From Phycisphaeraceae bacterium (GTDB lineage Bacteria > Planctomycetota > Phycisphaerae > Phycisphaerales > Phycisphaeraceae): a stretch of DNA of 64,000 nt. Where the stretch lies: the NCBI GenBank assembly GCA_963674705.1, contig OY771506.1:1856001-1920000 (forward strand). The letters are read 5' to 3'. Every line of letters begins with the position of its first letter. Position 1 is the first letter of the stretch. This document shows positions 20,196 through 29,070 of the stretch, in pieces. The notes beneath the pieces were generated by a model. It saw nothing but the letters and a program-made list of their open reading frames with translations, did no database searches and was not told the DNA's origin. The position numbers and the translations under genes were made by a program.

Positions 20196-22316
20196 ATGAA
20201 TACACAAAATGAATTACCATCAAGCGGTCATGCGACAATGCGCCCTCGCGCACGATTGATTTCGCTCATCGGAGATGAACTGATAAGTGATGAGCCAGTA
20301 GCAGTAGTTGAACTTGTAAAGAACGCCTACGATGCAGATGCTACCAAGGTGAAAGTCTCTTTCGAAGGCGATAACCCACTCGATCCAGATACTTTAATCA
20401 TCGAAGACAATGGACATGGTATGGATCTGCCAGTCGTGTTATCTGGTTGGTTTGAACCCGGCACCATTCACAAGAAAGCTGGCCAACGAACACCAAATGG
20501 TAGGCCATATCAAGGTGCGAAAGGCATAGGTAGATTTGCCGCTGCTCGTCTCTCAGATTCCTTGTACATGGAAACGAAGCGTAAAGGGAAAATGGATGGT
20601 GTGACCGTTCTTCTTGATTGGGGGCTATTCAGTGACGACAGTTATCTTGACGAAGTATCAATCGTGTATGAAGTCGAAACACTGCCTCAACTTAAACACG
20701 GGACGATCCTCAGACTGGATAACCTGCGTAGTCGTCGGAGTTGGACTGAAAAAGACTTTGAGGAGTTACACAATCGATTATCACGTCTGATTTCTCCATT
20801 TCAGAATAGTTCCGGACAGGCCGAGGTGTCTGATTTTGAGATTGAACTCGATTTGCCTGGTTATCCAACACTGACTGGCAAGGTTGAACCCCACGAAATA
20901 ACAACAAAGCCTAAATATAAACTAAGCGGACGTGTTTCCGCGGAAGGTATTTTTACTGGACGGCTTGAGATTGATGGGAAACTGCATAAGAAATTTAGTG
21001 AAGAAGCCCTGGGGTCCAAAGGGGAAACCGTCATCTGTGGCTCTTTCGGTGTCGAAATACGCGCATGGGACAGAGATCTTCCCGGCCTAACTCCTTACAT
21101 GCTCGAATATAATCTGGGTGCACAGTCTATACGAGGTATTTTGAATAATTACTCCGGAGTTAGTATTTATCGAGATGGTTTTCGAGTTCATCCATACGGA
21201 GAGAAGGGTCTCGATTGGTTAAGCCTTGATACCCGTAGTCGCCAGAATCCAACTTTGCGTCTAGCAAATAACCAAATCATAGCTGCGTTGCAGATATCAC
21301 GCGATAATAATCCTGGTTTGCCCGATAGAGCAAATCGTGAAGGGCTTGTACACAACGATCAATATGCTGCCCTCAAAGAATGGTTCATTCGCATTCTAGC
21401 GCATCTTGAAGCAGAGCGATATGAAGTTCGACCGCGAGAAGAACCTAAACCCGAAGAGTTGTCTTCGTTGTTTGAACCGTTTGACATGGCTCTGGTGGTT
21501 AAAGAAACTAAAGACCAGCTCGGTGTTAAACATCCTGTCACAAAACTTGTTACACAAAAGGAAGGTGAAATTAGGGAAGGGGTCAAGCGCCTTCAAGAGC
21601 ACTACTCTCGTGTCCTACTGGCCGCTGGCTTGGGGCAATTAATTGATAGGGTAGTCCATGAGATAGGAGCTCCACTTGCCCATGTTAACCGTGCAGTTAA
21701 TGGGCTTGAAAAAGATCTCAAAGACATGCTGGGGGCGCATCGTGCCAACCAACTTAATGACCGCTTTATTAATATTCGGTCTTATTTAGAGCGAATTCAT
21801 GCTCATCGCGACTGGCTGCTCCCGCGAGCCGCGGGAAAGCGTGGGCGTACTGAAAGTTTTGTAGTACAAGATGAAATCCAAGGAAATCTCGATCTCTTTT
21901 CCAGCCTGATCGCCAAGCAAGGCATTGAAGTTGAGAGAAAGTGGCCGAAAGATCCACTGGTAGTACATATGTCACGTTCTAATCTTGGGCAGATCGTGGC
22001 TAATCTTCTCGATAACAGTATTTATTGGTTGACACATCATCATGGCGATGGGAAAGGCGGCAAGATTCAGATACGTTTATCACAGCTGAAACACGGGTTT
22101 CGTATTTTATTATCTGATGATGGGTCGGGAGTTCCCCCGGAAGACCGTGTCCGAATATTTGATCCTGAGTTTTCACGCAAACCCCATGGGATGGGCTTGG
22201 GGTTATTTATTGCTCGTCAAGTGATGGATATGTATGGCATGCTTCGCTATCGAGATGACGGCCCACTATCAGGCGCGTGTTTTGAAGCAACCTTTGAGCG
22301 TAAGGTAGGTCATTAG
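20196..22316 (+). CDS. MORC-type GHKL ATPase fused to a histidine kinase
   Basis: N-terminal ELVKNAYDADA, DNGHGM, GAKGIGRFA; middle GVSIYRDGFRVHPYG...NREG region; H-box VVHEIGAPL; second ATPase NLLDNS, DDGSGV, GMGLGLFI; no TM segment. Confidence 0.88.
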   Translation: MNTQNELPSSGHATMRPRARLISLIGDELISDEPVAVVELVKNAYDADATKVKVSFEGDNPLDPDTLIIEDNGHGMDLPVVLSGWFEPGTIHKKAGQRTPNGRPYQGAKGIGRFAAARLSDSLYMETKRKGKMDGVTVLLDWGLFSDDSYLDEVSIVYEVETLPQLKHGTILRLDNLRSRRSWTEKDFEELHNRLSRLISPFQNSSGQAEVSDFEIELDLPGYPTLTGKVEPHEITTKPKYKLSGRVSAEGIFTGRLEIDGKLHKKFSEEALGSKGETVICGSFGVEIRAWDRDLPGLTPYMLEYNLGAQSIRGILNNYSGVSIYRDGFRVHPYGEKGLDWLSLDTRSRQNPTLRLANNQIIAALQISRDNNPGLPDRANREGLVHNDQYAALKEWFIRILAHLEAERYEVRPREEPKPEELSSLFEPFDMALVVKETKDQLGVKHPVTKLVTQKEGEIREGVKRLQEHYSRVLLAAGLGQLIDRVVHEIGAPLAHVNRAVNGLEKDLKDMLGAHRANQLNDRFINIRSYLERIHAHRDWLLPRAAGKRGRTESFVVQDEIQGNLDLFSSLIAKQGIEVERKWPKDPLVVHMSRSNLGQIVANLLDNSIYWLTHHHGDGKGGKIQIRLSQLKHGFRILLSDDGSGVPPEDRVRIFDPEFSRKPHGMGLGLFIARQVMDMYGMLRYRDDGPLSGACFEATFERKVGH

Positions 22317-22326
22317 GGGGATATAC

Positions 22327-23457
22327 ATGGTTCTACAAGTCTTAATTGTCGATGATGATAAGGATTATCTGGCGGCACTAACGAGTGATCTTCAGGATTT
22401 CTTTAAGCAGAGTGGCACAAATGTCACAGCACATCCCTGTAGTAATTTTGATGAAGCATTAACACTCCTTAATGATCCATTACGTCGGTATGATCTTATT
22501 ATCTCTGATACATATGACGGATCACCTGCTAATGATGAAGCAAGAGTCATTCAGATGGTTCTACAGTATCGTGATACGGGACGCCGATTCTGCCCCATCA
22601 TTGTTTATAGCAGCGCGCCAAAACCCCCAGAACTACACACAACTGACTTTATAAAATGGGCTGACAAAAGTAAACCTAATGGAATTGAATTGGCGGTAGG
22701 GGATATCCTCCAAACTGGTGTGCCTCAGATTTCGCGAACTCTCCATGACGAACTTGATAAATTAGCAGGTTCGTTTCTATGGGAATTCTTGGAAGCCAAT
22801 TGGAAAAGGTTATCTGCAGACGGGGGGTTATCGTCAGACACACTCGAACGACTAATTAGGCGACGCGCGGCCATTCAAATCGGTGATATAACATCAGATG
22901 GCAAAGGTAATGTTCCGATTATGGAACGGGTGTCTTCTGAGTACTATATCTATCCAAGTATGATCAACCAAAACTACAACCTTGGTGATATACTCAGGAA
23001 TCGTGAGAATCAAGATGATTTTCGAGTAATTTTAACCCCTCATTGCCATTTGTTTAAACAACCAGGGAAAGAGCGACCTCGCGCCGATTTTGTTCTTACG
23101 CTAAAGACCGTTCCCGCTAAGGATATATTGGGTAATAAGATCACAGATACTGCAAATAAGCCTGAAGAAGCGGCACGCCACAAAAAACTCAAGGCATGGT
23201 CCAGATCACCTAGCCAGATCGATACAACGCCAGAAGGCCGTCACTGGTATCTTCCTGAATTTATGGATATTCCACATCTATACGGGGATTTTTTACAAGT
23301 TGAAAGCATACCAATTACGGCCATGAATAAATATGAAGTAATCGCCACACTTGTAGCTCCATACGCGGAAGCGATGCAGGCTTGTTTTGTAAGTTTTTAC
23401 GGATCTGTAGGCATTCCAGAGCTGAAGCCTGATAGTATCGTGAGCCTCCTTCGCTAA
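22327..23457 (+). CDS. Response-regulator receiver domain plus uncharacterised C-terminal effector domain
   Basis: VLIVDDD, DLIISD (phosphoacceptor), IIVYSS, DK; C-terminal YYIYP...LGDIL...VILTPHCHL domain; starts 10 nt after the kinase. Confidence 0.82.
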   Translation: MVLQVLIVDDDKDYLAALTSDLQDFFKQSGTNVTAHPCSNFDEALTLLNDPLRRYDLIISDTYDGSPANDEARVIQMVLQYRDTGRRFCPIIVYSSAPKPPELHTTDFIKWADKSKPNGIELAVGDILQTGVPQISRTLHDELDKLAGSFLWEFLEANWKRLSADGGLSSDTLERLIRRRAAIQIGDITSDGKGNVPIMERVSSEYYIYPSMINQNYNLGDILRNRENQDDFRVILTPHCHLFKQPGKERPRADFVLTLKTVPAKDILGNKITDTANKPEEAARHKKLKAWSRSPSQIDTTPEGRHWYLPEFMDIPHLYGDFLQVESIPITAMNKYEVIATLVAPYAEAMQACFVSFYGSVGIPELKPDSIVSLLR

Positions 23458-23948
23458 ACAATACGTGTTGATTTAGTCATGGACTTTACGCTGATAGGAA
23501 CATACCAAGCAGACATTCTTTTATCCCAACACCTCGCGCCCAAAAATTCAAGCCATGTAAACTCATGAATTGATTCTACTGTCATTTCTTTACCCAGACG
23601 GACTACTAGCAGGTATTCGAATAGTTGACGGTTGGGAGAATCAGGATCTGGATAGATTGTTCCAGTCTTTTTACCCTTCCAAATAGTCTTGATTGAGTAT
23701 CGATCTCCATTGCGCGACAAGGCATCGACATTCTTGGTGCCAGTTGGTGCGGCCTGTAGGTTGGGCAGGCCCGGCGTCTTCCTAAAATGTTCAATTGCAC
23801 CCTTTTCCCCAATATCTCCTACTGAGAAAGCAATGCCACGCTTACGCATTTCGACTTCTAATGCCGCCCTAAGAGCGATTAGTTCGTCATCTGAAAGAGT
23901 GGGCAGTTTGCCTTTGAACATGGGATGCTGGGTTGATGTGCTCTTCAT
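23454..23948 (-). CDS. Putative PD-(D/E)XK restriction-endonuclease-like protein
   Basis: GDIGE...VDALSRNGDRYSIK pattern; sits between the methyltransferase operon and vsr. Confidence 0.55.
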   Translation of the reverse strand: MKSTSTQHPMFKGKLPTLSDDELIALRAALEVEMRKRGIAFSVGDIGEKGAIEHFRKTPGLPNLQAAPTGTKNVDALSRNGDRYSIKTIWKGKKTGTIYPDPDSPNRQLFEYLLVVRLGKEMTVESIHEFTWLEFLGARCWDKRMSAWYVPISVKSMTKSTRIV

Positions 23949-23977
23949 ATTACGAGATTATAGTCACTGGTGGTGCA

Positions 23978-24394
23978 ATGAGTGATGTATTAACACGTGA
24001 GCAACGTAGTTATTGTATGTCGCAGATTCATGGCAAAGACACGAAACCAGAGATGGTGGTACGTCGTGTATTGCATGGGATGGGATACAGATATCGATTA
24101 CACGCTCCGGATCTACCAGGCAAACCTGATATAGTATTTCGTAGTAAGCGGAAGATCGTATTTGTTCATGGGTGCTACTGGCATAGACACACCTGCAAAT
24201 ATGGGAAAGTGGAACCGAGATCAAGGCAAGCATTCTGGCTTGATAAGTTCGCGGCTACGATTGAGCGCGATAGGGCAGTAATCCACAACCTTAGACGTGA
24301 TGGTTGGAAGGTTCTGGTTGTGTGGGAGTGCCAGACGAAAATCCAGAAGTTGGATGAGCTACAGCGTCGATTAGATCGCTTTCTCGGTGAGTAG
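23978..24394 (+). CDS. vsr: Very short patch repair endonuclease
   Basis: MSDVLTREQRSYCMSQIHGKDTKPE, LPGKPDIVF, FVHGCYWH, FWLDK, GWKVLVVWEC. Confidence 0.95.
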   Translation: MSDVLTREQRSYCMSQIHGKDTKPEMVVRRVLHGMGYRYRLHAPDLPGKPDIVFRSKRKIVFVHGCYWHRHTCKYGKVEPRSRQAFWLDKFAATIERDRAVIHNLRRDGWKVLVVWECQTKIQKLDELQRRLDRFLGE

Positions 24395-24427
24395 CTGAAC
24401 TGAACCTAGTTGATGGAGAAGGTGGTT

Positions 24428-24625
24428 TCAGTGTAGAGGAATGCTGAATAGTGCCACTCCAGACTCTAAGGCATCATTATCAGCATATTCACACACAACC
24501 TCATCTGACATGGCGACCACTACTCCATCGGTTCGTCGAAATACAACAAGCCATACGTCACCACCGCTCTGCCAGACGTCACCGCCCAATACATCTGCAA
24601 CTGCTTGTGCTTGATCCTCATCCAT
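24428..24625 (-). CDS. Small hypothetical protein
   Basis: 65-aa acidic ORF with protein-like composition (WQSGGDVWLV); no recognised motif. Confidence 0.5.
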   Translation of the reverse strand: MDEDQAQAVADVLGGDVWQSGGDVWLVVFRRTDGVVVAMSDEVVCEYADNDALESGVALFSIPLH

Positions 24626-24734
24626 ATCAAGGGCCTTTCACTTAATACGGAAGACTATACAGAATGTAATTGTGGTAATCAATGGAATGCAATATAACCT
24701 TTAGATGCGGCGACTGTGGACTTATCGTAGAGTT

Positions 24735-25343
24735 ATGAACACGAAACGCCGTTATCCAATTGAGGTGCTTACCCCCCAAGAATCATCGACCTTGATAAGC
24801 GCAGTCCGAGGTCACGGAGCATCTGCCATACGAAATCGTGCCCTGATCACGACCTTATACCGGTCTGGGCTGCGGATCAGTGAAGCATTGGACCTTGAGC
24901 CCAAGGATCTGGACGCCCAGCAGGGTTCGATTCGTGTCTGCCGCGGCAAGGGTGGAAAGACTCGCGTTGTGGGAGTTGATCCGGGAGCGGTCGCGATAAT
25001 AGAACGCTGGCTACAATGTCGTCATGAATACGGCATCACTGGCTCGGCGCCTTTGTTTTGCACCTTGTGTGGTGACACGCTATCAGCGTCCTACGTGCGT
25101 AAGATGATCAAGCGATATGCTAGTAAGGCGGGCATCGTCAAGCGTGTACACCCACACGGGCTGCGCCACACGCACGCGGCGGAATTGTGTGCCGAAGGCG
25201 TTCCGATCAATGTCATCAGCAAGCAGCTCGGACACAGCAATATCTCGACCACTAGTCAATACATCGATCACATTGCCCCAAGGCAGGTAATTGAGGCCAT
25301 GCAACAGCGTGCTTGGGTTTGTTTCTCTCAAGAGAAAATCTAA
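24735..25343 (+). CDS. Short tyrosine recombinase (catalytic domain only)
   Basis: RNRAL, SGLRISE (R), GKGGK (K), HPHGLRH, LGH, TSQY; ~200 aa with no N-terminal binding domain. Confidence 0.88.
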   Translation: MNTKRRYPIEVLTPQESSTLISAVRGHGASAIRNRALITTLYRSGLRISEALDLEPKDLDAQQGSIRVCRGKGGKTRVVGVDPGAVAIIERWLQCRHEYGITGSAPLFCTLCGDTLSASYVRKMIKRYASKAGIVKRVHPHGLRHTHAAELCAEGVPINVISKQLGHSNISTTSQYIDHIAPRQVIEAMQQRAWVCFSQEKI

Positions 25344-25357
25344 GAACACACAGATTT

Positions 25358-26233
25358 TCACTCACCATCTCCCTTGTTGTGCTTGATAAAGTCAATTCGC
25401 CCACCGGTTTCGGTAGGGGTCCAACAACAATCGCGCCCAACGCCAAGCCAACCAATGTCAAGACGATTTGTGGCATGTGGATTATGGCAAATAAGAATAT
25501 CTGTACCAAGCGATTCCGGGTGATTGTATGGGTCGGCATATGCGAATATGACGGCACTGATACCGCTATGCCGCTCTTCAAGAAATAACCTTGAGCTAAT
25601 CCTCGCCCCATAGGCCTTTACCATGTCACGCTGCTCTTGATAATCTTCCTTTACTACCTCCAAAGTTTCTCTATCAAGCGTAACCTGCGGCCACCCTCCC
25701 CCATACAGCACCTGAGCAATGCGTGGAATGTTGAGTTCAGTAAATTTGTTTGGAATGAAACCTGAATTAATGGCAATTATACATACTGAGTCTGTGGAAA
25801 CCCAGCCATTGGACCAGTAGTTTTCATACTTGCGATATTTCGTTTCAAATGCTGAAGTGTATCTCAGCTTGACTTCCTCATGGGGCACATTGTGGACCTT
25901 TCTATCATTTTTATAATCAGGCACGCTATCAGGGCCGCTACCCATCGTTGGTGCTATGGACTCGATCCACATATGTCCCCCCTCATGTTTAATACAGAAG
26001 TCAGGTCCAGCTTGTCGTGGCCGCGCCTGTTGTGGAATGACAGGAATACCCTGCTGAACCAAAACGGCGCCTAGATACATTTCTGCATACCGCTGTGCGT
26101 GATGTTCATGGTAATTCTTCAGGAAATCACGCTCTGCGTAAGGCTCATATAGCTGCCATAAGTATTCCACGTGCTGGCGATCACCTTTGCGGGTGTACAG
26201 ATCTGAAATCCGCTCATCAGAAAGCAAGGGCAT
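25358..26233 (-). CDS. Hypothetical protein with PD-(D/E)XK-like motif
   Basis: GGAG RBS before ATG 26233; YAEMYLG...GPDFCI...MWIESIAP...IIAIN pattern. Confidence 0.6.
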   Translation of the reverse strand: MPLLSDERISDLYTRKGDRQHVEYLWQLYEPYAERDFLKNYHEHHAQRYAEMYLGAVLVQQGIPVIPQQARPRQAGPDFCIKHEGGHMWIESIAPTMGSGPDSVPDYKNDRKVHNVPHEEVKLRYTSAFETKYRKYENYWSNGWVSTDSVCIIAINSGFIPNKFTELNIPRIAQVLYGGGWPQVTLDRETLEVVKEDYQEQRDMVKAYGARISSRLFLEERHSGISAVIFAYADPYNHPESLGTDILICHNPHATNRLDIGWLGVGRDCCWTPTETGGRIDFIKHNKGDGE

Positions 26234-26320
26234 GTTACAACTCCAATAAGCCACATTACATTGGGATACTGCTAAGTGTAATTACTAAAAAGTTCATGTC
26301 GATTGAGCTGGGTACATATA

Positions 26321-26860
26321 TTAATTGTCTTGAGGAAAGAATAATGTTGGGTCCGCATCTTGGTCATTATTTGGATTGATCGATATGACTTCATCGAGAT
26401 CAAAATAAAACACACGCTCTGATACAATCCGATGCTTAATCTTGAAGTTCTTCAGCATCTTCTTAAGCGTACGGACATCACAGTAGAACCAGTTTTTAGC
26501 GGCATGTCTGATGCTCACAGGGCGAGTAGATCTCTCTGGACAGGTAGACGCTCGATTCATATGGGCCACCTGGATACACCATTGCCCAAGGCTTTTTGCG
26601 GATTCGACACACTCTGAGCAAGAGAATCCTATGGGCATAGGCGGGGCTGTAATCGGATCACTTCCGAAGAACATTCGGTATATCTTGTGGGCCTCAATGA
26701 AGAGGTCTGCGCATTCCTTTGCTGCTTGGCGACGAATGCTTGCCTTGTCATTGTGGAGCCTTTCTAGGATGTGGGCCAACTCTGTCGCCATGAGTCTTGG
26801 CCGATCTCTTTTTCTTTGTATCAACAACCTGAAACCTTCTACGGTGAGCCCCTTAGGCAT
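26321..26860 (-). CDS. Protein with C-terminal Xis-like winged HTH, translationally coupled to the integrase
   Basis: TAATG overlap with the integrase stop; C-terminal VSIRHAAKNWFYCDVRTLKKML...VFYFDLDEV. Confidence 0.6.
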   Translation of the reverse strand: MPKGLTVEGFRLLIQRKRDRPRLMATELAHILERLHNDKASIRRQAAKECADLFIEAHKIYRMFFGSDPITAPPMPIGFSCSECVESAKSLGQWCIQVAHMNRASTCPERSTRPVSIRHAAKNWFYCDVRTLKKMLKNFKIKHRIVSERVFYFDLDEVISINPNNDQDADPTLFFPQDN

Positions 26861-28137
26861 TATCCATTCCTTTCTGCAAGTTCTATCGCTTGGTTTAGGT
26901 TCGTCTGGGCGTAAATCTGGGTGGTTTCTATCTTGCTGTGTCCAAGTAACACCGAAGCGGCTTCGACGCCATGACGCTGGCGTATGTCTGTGGCGAATGA
27001 GTGACGAAGCTGGTTCGGGTGCCAATGCTGAGGGGGCTTCCATCGGCTTAGTTCTTTTCGTTGGTCAGGTGTCAACTCCTTTCTTGGAATCTGGTTGAGC
27101 GTAGGGTGCGGGAAGACCGTGCGGATAGCTCGACGTATGGCCTGGGCATAGGACACTGTTGTGTACTGGCCATTGGGCTTTCGTCGCGGTTTCAATTTGG
27201 ATCGGTCTTGTTGTGACGGTTGGACTTTACTCTTGCGGCGCCGCCGTAGTTGTTTCTTACGTTCGACCTCTGCTTCGTGAGGGCTGAACAGGCATGCGTC
27301 TACATCACGACCAATTATGAATGGCTCAATGATCTCTTTGGCCTTGGGACCTAGGGGGATGAAGCGTTTCTTTCCACGATGTGCGTTCTTGTGATCCTTC
27401 GGATGATATATCCACACGGATCGGCTGCGGTCGATATCGATAGCACGCATTACAACGACTTCACCCGGACGCATGCCTGTCAGTCGTTGCAGCTCGATCA
27501 TAGCCCAGACTTGGCGGGACACATGACTACGGATCGCATCCACGTGCTCCTCGGGAACTGGTTTGATCGGTTCGGATTCAGGTGCCGAAGTGCGGCCCCG
27601 CTGAAGATGATCGATGTCCTCGATATCCGCCCAGACATGGGGTGGCACATACTTGTGCTTCTTACCCCAGCGAAACACCCTTAGTAGGCGATCCATGTTT
27701 TGGTTGATGTATCTGCGGGACCACGGCTTCCCTGTCCGGGCATGTCTTTGACGCACCAATGCTTGTTGGGTCACTTCAAAGCGTGACAACGTGAACTCAC
27801 CGACAGGTGTATGACCGTACAACTTTCGCAGAACACGTAATGCGGGTTTGAAGTTCGCAGGCGTTCGATAGCGCTCGCTCGATAGCGCATCTTGCATGAA
27901 CGCAACCGCAAGTTCAGTGATCGTGATTGTGTCTGATGGATCAACCCGGATGTGTTGTCGATCATTCACCAACCATTCGGCTATCAGGCGATCGTATTCG
28001 GATTTGGAACGCGGATCGTCCCAATGCCCCAAATACATTCGCCTGCCGTTTAGAACGGTATATGCACGATCAGGGCGATTTTTATGTCGCTGTCGTCGAA
28101 AACTTGGGATGCGGGTCTGTGTGTTTCGGTCAGTCAA
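26860..28137 (-). CDS. int: Island integrase (tyrosine recombinase)
   Basis: TGMRPGE, HKNAH, HPNQLRH, LLGH, TQIY; planctomycete-type N-terminal AYTVLNGRRMYLG; probable TTG start at 28137 after GGAG (ORF open to 28200); next to the tRNA att site. Confidence 0.93.
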   Translation of the reverse strand: MTDRNTQTRIPSFRRQRHKNRPDRAYTVLNGRRMYLGHWDDPRSKSEYDRLIAEWLVNDRQHIRVDPSDTITITELAVAFMQDALSSERYRTPANFKPALRVLRKLYGHTPVGEFTLSRFEVTQQALVRQRHARTGKPWSRRYINQNMDRLLRVFRWGKKHKYVPPHVWADIEDIDHLQRGRTSAPESEPIKPVPEEHVDAIRSHVSRQVWAMIELQRLTGMRPGEVVVMRAIDIDRSRSVWIYHPKDHKNAHRGKKRFIPLGPKAKEIIEPFIIGRDVDACLFSPHEAEVERKKQLRRRRKSKVQPSQQDRSKLKPRRKPNGQYTTVSYAQAIRRAIRTVFPHPTLNQIPRKELTPDQRKELSRWKPPQHWHPNQLRHSFATDIRQRHGVEAASVLLGHSKIETTQIYAQTNLNQAIELAERNG

Positions 28138-28319
28138 GGCGGCGCTCCAGGCCGACCAAACGTATCCATGGATACGTTCAGCGGGTCTTGTCGCGGCCAC
28201 CCGGGCTAACCGGATGCATCTGAGGTGATCGTCACACCGTCGAGAAGTGGCTCACTAAGTGATTGTCATTCCACCCTTTAACTCTTTGGCAGTGGGCTTC
28301 TGCACTTCATGTCAAACAA

Positions 28320-28391
28320 AGCGGGTGATGAGATTTGAACTCACGACATTCACGTTGGCAACGTGACGCTCTACCACTGAGCTACACCCGC
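28320..28391 (-). tRNA. tRNA-Gly(GCC)
   Basis: GCGGGTGTAGCTCAGTGGTAGAGCGTCACGTTGCCAACGTGAATGTCGTGAGTTCAAATCTCATCACCCGCT folds as a cloverleaf with anticodon GCC; CCA not encoded. Confidence 0.96.
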
Positions 28392-28664
28392 GTGGTGGGT
28401 TGAGTTACACATTCTATCGAGACTGACGAGCGGTTCAAGTCTGGGGCCGTGGTTCGCGCATTGGCTTCGAAAGATGTCAATATCAGCCCCGTTCTCATTA
28501 CTTCTCAGCGTTGGTCTAGCTGACAGGAATCATTCATTGATACTCCATATAGTCCATTTTTCACGAGTTATCCACCTCATATAGGGGTTTTCGGCGTGGA
28601 ATATGGATTTTGCACTTGTAGTTGTTGCTTTGCGGACAGGATGGTAGTAAGTTCTTAGGCAGAA

Positions 28665-28910
28665 CCCACAGGTGCGTGGTGGTCGGCAGAATAAGCTGCC
28701 GGGGCCACGTGAAAAGGGAAGTGGGGTGCTCGCAACCGGACTTTTGTTATCCCTGGTTGTGAAACTCCCCCGCGGACGCGCCGCCGTATTGGGTGGCCTG
28801 ACCTGAATCGTCGGGCCGGCGTCTTGCCGAATGAGCCACTGATGGGCCTGCAACGGGCCTGTTGGGAAGGCCGGCAAGATGTAAACCCTAAGCCGGAAGA
28901 CCTGCCTGAA
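28665..28910 (+). promoter_or_regulatory. Cobalamin (AdoCbl-class) riboswitch
   Basis: AGGTGC...AAAAGGGAAGTGGGGTG...AAACTCCCC...CGCCGCCGTA...GCCACTG...GGGAAGG...AAGCCGGAAGACCTGCC (B12 box); upstream of B12-binding-type genes. Confidence 0.9.
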
Positions 28911-29070
28911 AGGGTGCCGATGGTGTCCTCGCGAACGGGATGCTCGGGCAGCTTCCGCGACGTCGAGACCCCCTCGCCGACCCCGCCCATGCCCAAGCCA
29001 GCTTCGTGAGGACGGACATTCTTTTTGTTCGTCGAGGGGTGCCCTGCGCGAATCGGGGCGAGGAGACACG

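Larger units (their letters stand above)
13026..28363. mobile_element. tRNA-Gly-integrated genomic island, phage-satellite-like, with RM/defence cargo (~15.3 kb)
   Basis: 46-bp direct repeats; tyrosine integrase adjacent to the tRNA; Xis-like, primase-helicase and DUF5681-like genes; visibly more AT-rich than the flanks. Confidence 0.92.

Noticed and set aside
13026..28363. Complete prophage or ICE
   Set aside because: No capsid, portal, tail, large terminase, lysis, relaxase or T4SS genes are recognisable.
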